From: Blasia pusilla
Lineage: Eukaryota
DNA length: 64,000 nucleotides
Direction: 5' to 3'
Assembly: GCA_050084515.1 (NCBI GenBank)
Contig: CM114271.1
Coordinates: 31,434,001 to 31,498,000 of the forward strand
Part shown: one piece after another, positions 26,701 to 37,910 of the stretch
Layout: every line of letters starts with the position of its first letter
How positions within the stretch are numbered: the first letter of the stretch is position 1
The notes under the pieces: generated by a model
What the model was told of the DNA's origin: nothing
Seen by the model: the letters and a program-made list of their open reading frames with translations, nothing else
The model's database searches: none
Made by a program: the position numbers and the translations under genes

Positions 26701-27678
26701 ATCACTTGAATACTATGATTTCTCATTTAAAAGAAAGGCGGAATTCTAGAATTTCGAAATTCATTAGCTCCACATTATGATTCTCCACATGTTTTTCTTC
26801 CACCATTGCAAGCTAACAAATTACTAATATTCTACTATTAAAAGAAGGAAAAAAAGAAAACTATATTTCTTTTAACACTAGTGAAGGTTGCATAGATGCG
26901 ATCTTACGACCGTGAAGACTAGATGCAAGCGAATATAGATAAGATAGAACTTGTTTCAAAATAGATTCATTTAAACCTCCGATGTGGAAAAGTGCAGTCG
27001 TAGAGACAATGTTTGGGTGTCTCGATAGGAAGAATATTACGGAATAGGACGTCGGATATGCATACAATGTAAAATAAAAAAAAATGAACCTCATTAAATA
27101 TGCATGATGGATACAAATAGGAAGACTGACTTACGAAGCTTTAAATTTCCGATTTGGAAAAATCTATGTACACGTGTTGCATGGAGGGAAATTAAACAAT
27201 AATAGAAGAAAATAGAAATTGCAGGAGATGTGGATTCGTTTATTTAATGTGACGGGTGGCTTCACATGGACATCCACCAAAAGTAAATAAATCAATTGGA
27301 ATTCTATGGGGCCCACAGCCGAGCAAAGTGGGAGGACCCTTACAAAAAATCGAGGAACGGTGAATACCACAGAAGGCAACTACGAAGTGTGGACAAGGTA
27401 CCACATCGCACTCGCTCGGGGGATGGACGGACGGATCTGAGGACTTGAAGACTCCGGAACTCTCGTTACAAGAACGAGGATGACCGGACGTGACAAGAGG
27501 CGCGATTTGAATGGTCGAGGCTCGGGTTAGGTCAGGTGAGGTGAAGAGTAGCGGAGGAGCGGATCGAGGAGGACGGGACGGGGGTGCCGGCGAACGGAGG
27601 GGAAGGGAGGGCAGGAAGGCAGGGGGAGGCAAGGGAGGTGGCTGGCTGGCTGCGAGGGAAGAGGGAGAGGTATGGGCC

Positions 27679-30600
27679 ATGGCGGACAAGGACAAGAAGA
27701 AACTGAAGGTCATTCTCAAGCTTCCCAAGTCTCATCAGAAATTTCCAGCAACAGCACCTTTACAAGGGGGAACACAGTCTGGAGCGAATTCGTCTGCCCC
27801 TGCTTTTTCAACCCCTTCTCATTTCTCAGCATCTCAAGATCACCGCAAAATTGTGCAATCTCATCATGGGGCTGTTGCATCATCCTTGGGGCTGCTGGCA
27901 CAGTCCGCTTCTGGGGCTTTCAACTCCTCTGTACGATCTACTTCCACCTCCGTATCAGGTCCGTCTCCGGCACCACTGGCCCATGTCTCATCCCCCAATC
28001 ACCCTCTCACACCACCTAAGAAGAGGAAGTTCAAGACTGTAGAGCAGAGCGGAGCTTTGGGGGTCGGAGCGTTAGTGGTTGGTTCTGGTGGTGTTAGCGA
28101 GGTTGTTGCAGCTGGCAAGGATGAGGGCATTAAGTCTGCAGGAGCAGCAACAGCGGCAGCAGTGGGAGGAGCTTCTTCCCCTGCGCCGCTGCCACCACCG
28201 GTCAAGAAATCTCACAAGGTGTGTATTCAACAATATAGTGTTTCACTCTTGCTGTAACGGTTTACCTGTTCGCCTAATTTAATAGCACAATCTGTAATAA
28301 CCTTTCTCGGTATACTTTTTAAAGCCCTACTTCAAGTCATTGTTCTGGAGCCGGAGTGTAACTCCACTTCCTTAACATGTTAACGAGAGCGAATTGTGAG
28401 GTACGTGGTATCAGTCACCTGTAGACTGTTGATAGACTCGTCAAGGACATCTTTGTCTGGTAGTTGGTAAGCATCTGAGGCCTTAGTTTCTCTAAAGGGA
28501 GTTCCAGGTCAATAAGTTCCGTCTTCGTGTAACTGTTGATTAGGTTTTGGACATTGTTGCACGGCTTGGGAGCCCGGGCACGGATTTCTCACTTTGAGGA
28601 GCAACATAGTCAACCTTCTGGCGGCCGCGTGACTCATATCTGGAATTATTTTGCAGAAGCAAGTCAAACCGGAGACCAAAATTGATGCACCACCACCTAA
28701 TGTACTTCCAGGTATGATGCAAAAAGTCCGATATCAAAAGATATTTATCTTTTCGTCTCTTGAAATGAGGAGCTATTCTTAATTTTGCGGCCTCATTCAT
28801 TTGGGGATTGATGGACAGGCTCATCGGCATATCTTCATGTTTCTTCCCAGCCTCTATCCAAAGTGCTTCTGGAAGGTGTCCTCGACAAATTGCAAAAGTA
28901 TGTCCACACAATCTTATTGTGCTAGTTATGGAGATGTGCTATGATGATTCACCCAGTGTCTGTGAGTTGTCTTCCCAATGTGTAAATTATGGGACTTTTG
29001 ATCTGGTTATTTTTGGTGAAATGTTACAGTCCGGTACTGGCAACATTGCAGTTGCCTCCTTGGTACCTGAATCATCTTGAAATTGGGCTCAGGGCTCTTT
29101 CTAGGAGCTCGAGTCTGCTGTCTGTTTGCACGCGTTTGGCATTGGACATGGAGCTGATATAATTGACATGCCATGGTACAGGAAAGACACATATGGGGTG
29201 TTTGCTGAACCTGTGGATGCTACCCAGGTGATCGCTGTGAATTGTTTGAGTTTGTTGAGGTGCATTCCATTAGCTTATTATGGTCCATATTTGATTAGTT
29301 TTAGTGTGGAAGTTGTTTGTACTACCTTACAATATTGGATATTCCTGCTGAAAGTGTGCCACTTCTCCAATTCTAACCTTAAAAATGTCGTGGTCACCAG
29401 CTACTTCGTTTCTCTCTGCTGATTTTGATGTGGTGTCTCCAGGTTCCAGATTATTATGACGTGATCAAGGACCCTATGGATTTTGGTACCATGAGGAAAA
29501 AAATAAACAAGGGCTCGTATGGGACAATAGAAAGTTTTGAGGTTTGCTCTCTCTCTCTCTCTCTCTCTCTGAGGTGATGGGGAAAACCTGGACCCAAAGA
29601 AGACCCGTAAAGCAGGCCAAATCTTGGACGAAAAAGGTTCAAGAGATTGTGCAAGCTCCCAGCAGGGCCTGAACTGTGGGAGCAAGATGAGACAGCATTC
29701 GTGGATACCATAACCAAAGCAGTAGGCAAACGCTCACAGCAGAACAGCATGGAGGAAGCCATGAAAATGTCTGACCTCTCTCTCTTGATGGTATATCCCT
29801 AGAAGTCAGAACTGAAGAACTATTTGCGGGGAACCCCTTGCTTGGGAACCCGGCTCAAGTTCAAGTTCAAAACGGGCGCAATCCCCTTGAACCATAAGAA
29901 AAGCAGGATGGGAACACAACTAAACTCTTGCGCCTTGTGTGACGATGGGGACGAAACCTCTAGTCATTACTTGGTCTCCTGCGCAAAATTCACAACACAC
30001 AGAGCAAGAGCATATGCTGATATTGCTAAGCTGGTAGCACCAGAATTGTTCAACACATTCAGTAGCCTTGATTCATTGCCCAAAGCTGCTGCACTGGTAA
30101 GTAATGTCTATTGGGGATCCCAATCAGGTAAAGTAGATTGTGTGGTGAAGAGTTTCTTGGTTGACACTTGGAAGCTGCGCACAAACACGTTATTTGGTCA
30201 GCACTCACACTATATGAGAGTGTCTCCCTCCTCTCATATGGTACCTTCTTCACTTGCTTCTCTCTCTACACCCATCCCAGTCTCAAGCACCGTCCAACCA
30301 GGGCGCAGGGTCTATGGTCGCAAGGCTACGACAGGCACTACTTAATGAGTACAGTCTCTCTCTCTCTGTGTGTGCACCGTCCAATCAGGGCGGGGGTCTA
30401 TGGTCGCAAGGCTACGACAGGCACTACTTAATGAGTACAGTCTCTCTCTCTCGCACAGTCTCTCGCCCAAGATGCGGTCATACCAGGGCTACTACACGAG
30501 ATCCCATCAGAACTCTGCAGTTAAAGCACCGTCCAACCAGGGCGCGGGGTCTATGATCGCAAGGCTGCAACAGGCACTACTTAATGAGTACAGTCTCTCT

Positions 30601-33600
30601 CGCCCAAAGCTGCTGCACTGGTAAGTAATGTCTATTGGGGATCCCAATCAGGTAAAGTAGATGTGTGGTGAAGAGTTTTTTGGTTGACACTTGGAAGCTC
30701 CGCACCAACACGTTGTTTGGTCAGCACTCACACTATATGATAGTGTCTTCCTCCACTAGTATGGTACTTCCCTCACTTCTTCCTCTCTCTACACCCATCC
30801 CAGTCTCAAGCACCGTCAACCAGGGCACGGGGTCTATGGTCGCAAGGCCACGACAGACACTACTTAATGAGTACAGTCTTGACTGGAGAGTTCAAGCACC
30901 GTCCAACCAGGGCGTGTGGTCTACAGTCGCAAGGCTATGATGGGCACTACTTAGTGAGTACAGTCTCTTGACTGGAGAAAAAGCTCCACCTGGTAACACC
31001 AGAATTGTTCAATTTTATTGTAGCCTGGATTCATTGCCCAAAGCTGCTGCACTGGTAAGTAATGTTAATTGGGGATGCCAATCAGGTAAGGTAGATGGTG
31101 TGGTGAAGAGCTTCCTGGTTGATACTTGGAAGCTCCGCACATTGTGTGGTCAGCACTCACAAAATATGAGAGTGTCTCCCTCATATGGTACCTTCTCACT
31201 TCTTCCTCTCTCTATACCCATCCCAGTCTCATGCACTATCCAACCAGGGCGCAGGGTCTATGGGTGCAAGGCTACAACAGGCACTACTTAATGAGTGCAG
31301 TCTCTCTTGACTGGATATCCTGAACAAGCAGAACGGAAGAACTATTTGTGGGGTACCTGTTGCTCGGGAACCTGGCTTCCAAAGTTTGAGTTCAGGATGA
31401 GGGCAATCCCCATGAACCACAAGAAAAGCAGGACTGGAACACAACTAAATTTTTGCACCTTGTGTGATGATGGGAATGAAACTTCCTGCCATTTCTTGGT
31501 CTCCTGCACAAAATTCATAGCACTGAGAGCAAGAGCATATGCCTAACATTGCCAAGTGGCTAACACCAGAACTGTTCAAGACATTCTGTAGCCTAGATTC
31601 ACTGCTCAAAGCTGCTGCACAGGGAAGTCGTGTGTATTGGGTACCCTAATCAGGTAAAGTATGGAGTGTTGTAAAGAGCTTCCTGGCTGACTCTAAGAAG
31701 CTTGGCACCAACACTTTGTATGGTCAGCACTCCAACTAAATGAGAGTGTCTCCCTCCTCTCATATGGTACCTTCTTCGCTTCCTCCCTTCTTTACACCTA
31801 TCCCAGTCTCTAGCTCTGTCCAACCAGAGTGTGGGGTCTATGGTCACAAGGTCACGACAGGCACTAGTTAATGAGTACAGTCTCTCTGTATTGGGGACCC
31901 AAATTAGGTAAAGTAGATGGTGTTGTAAAGAGGTTCCAAAAGTCAACTAGGAAGCTCTTCACAACACCATATACTTTACCTCCAACATTCTGTATGTTCA
32001 GCACGGACACTACATCAAAGGCTCTTTTCTCATACTCTCTGCATTTCTTCTTCTCGTGGCACCCATCCCAGTCTGTCCAACCAGGGCATGGGGTGTATGG
32101 TCGTGAGGCTATGCCACGCACTACTCAGTGAAACAGTCTGTCTCTCACTTTGTACCTTCGCCACTTCTCTCCCTCTGTGCACCCATGCCAGTCTCTAGCA
32201 CTGTCATATCAGGGTGTTGGGTGTTTCGTTGCAAGGCTATGACAGATATCTTTTAACGAGGACTGGCTTGCTTGTGATGATGGGGATGAAACCTCTAGAC
32301 ACTACCTGTGTAAATCTCACAACACAGAGTAACAGCTTATGCTGAAATTTCCAGGCTGGTAAGGATAAGATCTACCCAATGAGGATAGTTTCAGTTGCAG
32401 CAAAGTCAGTGCAAGCTTGGGATGTTTTCACCTAATGGAATCATATCTCAGGTGAAAGGAAATGTGACATACCACCAGAACTCTAATCCTTCAATGCTAT
32501 ACTCTACTCTTCTAAAGTCTGGTGCCCAGTGCCAAAGGAATGGCCCAAGATTCTCCACAAACTCTGTGGCAATGCTTGGGAATTTTGGAAAACGACTCCT
32601 CATGATACACTAATGGCTAGATTTGGTGTGGTACCAAAGGATATTCATTGCACAAAAAAATATGATCACATTCCTCCTTCACGTCTTGGTTACCATGAAG
32701 GATGACCCCAATGTCCTCTCTGCAATAGCCCTCAAAGCATCCTTGGAATGCTGCTACCAAAATAACAAATCATTACCACAGCTGCACAGAATGGCTCTGA
32801 AAATGTGGCATCAATTCATGATGTGTCAAGAAGGCTCTGTTAGAGGAGCTGTGCAAGACTCACACAGTTGGGATAAGCACAAAAGCCTTAGGGAAGGAGT
32901 TGCAGTAAGTCTTAGTCTTCTATTGAAAGGATGTGCAAAATTACCACTCTTTCATGAACACTAGAGAGATTGCATCTGTGTGCCTATCAGATAGAGTCCT
33001 GACTGTCCAAAATGTGGCCATTCTACAGGCTGATATATATCTAATATGTGGCAATGCAATGCGCTACAATGGACCAGACACGATATATTACAAGCAGGTA
33101 ATGTGTGAAAGGTTTTAGGCTGGGATGCTGATGATGTTAACCTTTCATGCATGCTGCATTTTGATAGCTTTATTTTGGTTCCTCACAGGATCTTGGTTTG
33201 TCCAGGCACGGGCTATCAAGGATATGGCTCGCAGGGCACTGGAAAGTATTAGAAGTCAGCTTGCAGGGGAAATTCGGAAACCTGTATCACACAAGAAGAA
33301 ACCACCTCCGCCCAAGAAACCTCACTCCAAGAAACCAACTCCAAGCAAAGTGCGGTTTGATGTTGCAGGTTCAGACTTTGCCTCAGGTGCAACACTGGCT
33401 GGGGATGGAGAGGTCGGGGGATGGTCTAATTCTACTGTGGATGCGGGGAAGGCTAAGAAAGGGGCATCAATGGAGAAGCTGGTGGGCATGGGTGAGGATT
33501 CTGAAAGTGCGTGGGCCTTCCAAACTGGTCCTACTGAAGTCAAAGTTGATGCACAAGACGAGCCCTCAGGTATATTCTTGTCAGCTTGTTTGTTGAGTTG

Positions 33601-36600
33601 TCTGTTGTGTATCCACCAAGTGAGTCAGCCATGTGTTGTCTCTAAAGGGTCTGGAGGTGTGAAAGTTACCTTCGGGGTAGGGCCCTGCTAGAGTGGGGTC
33701 CTTTTTATTTTTGGGTTGAGGAATTCAATTTGCTTCGGGCTCCTCGAGTAAGAGTTTTATGTGTGTGGTTGATGATGTCTGCATTGGAATGCTTCTTTAG
33801 CCATTCATTTCACTTCTAAGGGGCCTGGTTCTCTGCTGTAACTGCTTAATTTTGAATGAGTCATGTAATGAATACTAGAGAGTTTCTGTCTCCTTGCATC
33901 CACTCTCCTTAATAGTTCATATCGGTGTCTTCAGGTGGTTTGTGCTTTGTAATGAGTATGACCAATTGCTGTCACAGTGAACAAGAACACTGAATTTATG
34001 AGTAACATGGTTGGCAAGGGGCACAGTTTAAACGAGTGATGGTGTGATTTTGTAGGAGTTGCAGCTAGACCTATGGGCCCAAAGGATGGTCGACGCCCTC
34101 TTTCTACTGATGAATATCATCGGAATACTTATAAACCTAGACTGCTTCCAGCTCACGGCCAGGGTCCGCCTCTTGCGGCTGTTGGTGGGGAGCTACGACA
34201 ACTTTTACCTGTAAGTCCCTTTTTCAACCCAATAATGAGTTGAAGTGACCCTTTCTAGTTATTGACTGCAGTATCATCTGGGATCTGGTCTGGAGCTAAT
34301 GATTGGTTTGTGCCTTGTCTATTTATCAGGTGGGAAGCCAAGTGGAGCATGCATACTCCAAAAGCTTAGCCCAATTTGGTGCTATATTGAGTCCAACGGC
34401 TTGGCGGTTTGTTGCTAGGAAGCTGCAAAAGGTTATTGCGCCTAACACCCCGTTTGGCCCTGGGTGGATTGGAGAGCCAGGTGTCTCTGTGGAGCTAAAG
34501 AAGCCATTGGTTGTAAATGCTCCATCTCAAACTCCTCAGTCTGTTCAACTTGTTGTAGGATGTAACACTGCAAGTACTTTGGAGACTGCAAGTGTTCCAT
34601 CCCCTACAGGAGTCTTACCGAGAGCTGCTGCTCCGGTTAAGAGTTCTAGCCCTGCTGTTTTGGCCGGGGCATCTCCCGTTAGTTCACCCGCTTTGCCAAA
34701 AAATGCAGCAACTAATCAAGCAAGTGCTGATCGGTTGTCAGGTAGTAAAGCAGGGCCAGGATATTCATCGGGATCTCTGGGAAGATCATCCTCTAAAGCC
34801 AGTTCAAGTCAAACCGTTATCTCCAGCTTGTCCAAGGCTGCACAAACTCAGTCTAGCATCTCACCTAGTAGAAGTGTTGAGCCTGTCTTGAGTGAAATGA
34901 CATCAATTACAGCAGCCAGTGTTGTCTCTGGAACTATGGCAAATTTTTCCTCTGCAGTTTCAGAACAGGGGCACATAATGGGCGCCCATAGCAGTTACAC
35001 TGTTTCTGGACAGTCAGCTCCTGTTACTGTGCCTCCACCAAATTTCTCTCCAGGCACAGGTCAATCAGACTCTGCTGTGGTTTCCAATCCAGGCGTCAGT
35101 GGTCAATCAGCACCTATGAACACATCTGGTTATTCTCCAGTCGTTGGACAATCAGGATCTGCAGGGGGACAAGTGCCAGACTATGGGTCGGGTGTTGTGC
35201 AAGCTGGTACAAGTGCTATTATCCCAAAATCTACTGGAGCTCCCAAATCAGGTCCAATTACTGGCACTTTGTCTAGTTGCTCTACAGTAGGCGTCCAACA
35301 GAGCTCTGGTGCAGGTGCATTGTCCAACTATTCCTCTGCAGGTGTTCAAGCAGGATCTAACAGTTCATTGTCAGGCTTCTCCCCTGGCATAGCAAAGTCA
35401 ACGCTTGGTGGGGGTACCATATTGAGTTATTCTTCAGGAGGGTCACAGAGCATTTGTATAGGACCTTCCACCCTCTATCCTTCAATAGTTTCACAGTCTG
35501 GGTCAGGTGTCAGTAATGTATCGAGTTATGGTCCTGCTATTTCAAAGTCAGGGCATGGTATTGGTGCTGTGTCGAGTTTCAATACCACAGGTTTACAATC
35601 AGGTCTGCCTGAGCCCAACTACTCATCTGGAGCTTCTCAGTCAGGGACAGCAGGAGTTGCAAGTATGAATTATGCATCTGGAGCTGGGAAGTTGGGCTCA
35701 GCTGTAGGCAACATTACAGCCTATCAATCAGCAATTGGGCAAGCTGGGCTAGCTGTTGGGACTGGGTATCCGATGGCATTATCACAGCCTGGCCTCGGTG
35801 GAGGGGTGATCCCTAGTTTCTCTTCTGGAGTGGTTCAACCAAGTATGGTTGTGATACCTGGTTACTCTTCTGCAGGAAGTGGACAATCGGCACTTGTTAC
35901 AGGTGGGATGTCTAATTTCTCCTGCAGTCCTTCTCAGTCTGGTCAAGGTGTAGGCCACTCTCCAAGTTATCCCTCTGGGGTAGGTCAAATGGGCGTTTTT
36001 GACATGAAGTCGGAGAAGGTACTTCAGTCAAGATCACAGCTTGGTGGTCTTCCTGGCTCAATATCAGATATGCAGGCCAGAAATGGAGGATCGGAGGAAG
36101 TGATGGGTGCAGGGATTGTACATAATACTGGTGTGAAGCAGAATCGGTCAATTGATGGTGGAAGTTCCTCTAGTGATGGTACAGGTGGGCCCCGGTTAGT
36201 TTGGACTCAACAGGGTCCTAGTGGCATGAGTTCCCAGGAGCAGGCAGCTCGGGCAATGAACTTGATTGTTGGGGCGAAAGGATTCACTCCCTCATGGAAT
36301 GGCAGCTTGCCTCATGGAGGGACAAGTTATGCTTTCACTCCAGTTACATCATCAGTTAATCGAGGCGATGTGAGTTTACAGGCGAATGTACAAGCTTGGG
36401 CCCAAGCTCGGGTTATGGGTTTAGCTCAGCAGCAAGTCGAAGTTAAGCAAAAGATTTCTCCTGCAGTTCAAAGTTTTCACCCACAGACTTCTCAATTGAA
36501 ACTACCACCAAGCGTGCCACAACTGCAACCTCACATGTATGGAGAGTATAACGTTCATTCTTCCAGGCTTCCTTCACACAGTACAGGACCAGCACAGCCT

Positions 36601-36879
36601 AATTCAAGTCCTCAACACCTGGTTCAGCAAGTTGAGTCGGGAATGGCCAAGTCTGGTGGGCCAGAACTGATGGTGACCCTCCCTCTCCACTCTCAGTCTG
36701 GGATGAGGCAAATGGGGTCTATGCAACCAAGTTCATTGCAAGGCTCTGTACATCCTAGGTCTATGCCACCGGACTTGAATGTAGCATTGCAGTCACCTTC
36801 TGCTTTACAATCACCTCCCGTTCAACAGACTTCAACCATAGCAAATTCCCAGCAGCCTGACTTGAAACTCCAATTATGA
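27679..36879 (+). CDS. BRD1/BRD2/BRD13-like: Bromodomain protein of the plant SWI/SNF BRD1/BRD2/BRD13 type (~1318 aa, 9 exons)
   Basis: GT-AG exons 27679-28218, 28657-28711, 28819-28897, 29182-29227, 29443-29541, 33029-33097, 33206-33569, 34056-34210 and 34330-36879 join in frame (3957 nt). Bromodomain LDKLQKKDTYGVFAEPVD..VPDYYDVIKDPMDFGTMRKK...ICGNAMRYNGPDTIYYKQARAI. Family motifs PFGPGWIGE, PPDLN and C-terminal QPDLKLQL. Confidence 0.9.
29571..32360 (+). mobile_element. Nested tandem array of at least nine 5'-truncated non-LTR retrotransposon (LINE) 3' ends in BRD intron 5
   Basis: LINE ORF2 C-terminus with CCHC motif CALCDDGDETSSHYLVSC. The terminal unit ...ggtcgcaaggctacgacaggcactacttaatgagtacagtctc(tc)n ends near 30357, 30445, 30597, 30878, 30967, 31305, 31885, 32142 and ~32265. 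Starts right after (TC)n at 29548-29570. Confidence 0.88.
30471..30524 (+). pseudogene. 5' fragment (~54 nt) of cytosolic 5S rRNA fused to a LINE 3' end
   Basis: gatgcggtcataccagggctactacacgagatcccatcagaactctgcagttaa matches nt ~2-55 of plant 5S rRNA (bryophyte-like variant, from memory). The 3' half with box C is absent. Confidence 0.85.
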
Positions 36880-37685
36880 TTTATGGGTGAACATATCTGT
36901 ACAGATTACCATTTAAATGAGGAGGCTGACGCAGGATTTCTGCTTTTAATGAAGCGGGTTGATTCTCTTCCAGGTGTTCCCGTTAAGACACTCTTAACAG
37001 GGTGTGGTCTTATTACCTGTTATTTTACTGGTTCGGAGTTGAAGTTGGCTGGGACCCTTCACTCGAGTTTGTAAAATAGTGTATCTGAAAGAAAGTGAAT
37101 CGAGTTCCTCCCAGTTTGGTCATTATCAAATACTGAGGCACTGTCCATACATGTCTCATTTTGGCTTGCTTTTCCTGCAGACATGTGTTATTCCGTATCT
37201 TAAGTAGCGGAGAATGGAGCTGTCATTTTTACAGTGGTCTTTTGTTTGTCAATGCCTTTCCCCCGGTCCAAAGTCTGATGGGCTGAATGTAATGTGGTAA
37301 CGGTTCCCTAAAGTCATAGAAAACATGTTCTTATGGTTGCCCTTCTTTCTCTGCTAGCAAGCGAATCGAAATTAATTGAACCATTTAAGCATCTAGATCT
37401 TTTCAGAGACGATAAGTTCTTGATTTTCAAGAAGATGATCCTTCACTTTCAAAAGCTTTCTTTGACATCACCTTTTCTGTAGAGGTTCTGTGCTTGTGCA
37501 CAACGATTATCAATTCCTAAACATGAAGTCTAGTTTCTAAATCTGACCACCACCAAGGAAAATCTGAAGGTTAAGAATCGTTGGATCATTTAGTACGTAC
37601 CGACCCCCTAGCGCTGTCGTCGTATAGGGATCATTAGAAAGGGTTACTACGACAGCAGAGCTATGCGACCATTGCTACTGCCTTA

Positions 37686-37910
37686 ACTAATTAGGGACAG
37701 CCGGAAGTGACAGTAACAGAATACTAGTAAGGTGCCCGGCCGATGCAATCTTTTGTAAGGAATCTTTTGCAGTGCCCGCGAAAGTAGTAATGAAATTTTT
37801 GTGGTGATGCACTTGACTAATGAGGGACAGCCGGAAGCCGACAATAAAAGGAATACCAGTAAGGTGCCCGATGCAATTATTTTTAAAGAATTTTTGGTAG
37901 TGCCTGCGAA
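37686..37910. repeat. ~95-bp diverged direct duplication
   Basis: actaat.agggacagccggaag...agtaaggtgccc...gatgcaat...agtgcc.gcgaaa occurs at 37686 and 37817. Confidence 0.8.

Noticed and set aside
27511-27678. Upstream in-frame ATG extension of the BRD gene
   Set aside because: The extension is G/A-rich low-complexity sequence typical of a 5' UTR. The ATG at 27679 has a strong context (gccATGG).
30288-30357. Possible hammerhead or HDV-like ribozyme in the LINE terminal unit
   Set aside because: No CUGAUGA/GAAA core, and I could not find the P1 and P2 partner strands needed for an HDV-like double pseudoknot.
30471-30524. Functional 5S rRNA gene
   Set aside because: Only the 5' ~54 of ~120 nt are present, with no box C or poly-T terminator.
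30288-31885. Recurrent ~75-nt repeat with variable intervening sequence, superficially CRISPR-like
   Set aside because: The intervening sequences are homologous LINE ORF fragments of variable length with TSDs. The context is a eukaryotic intron with no cas genes.
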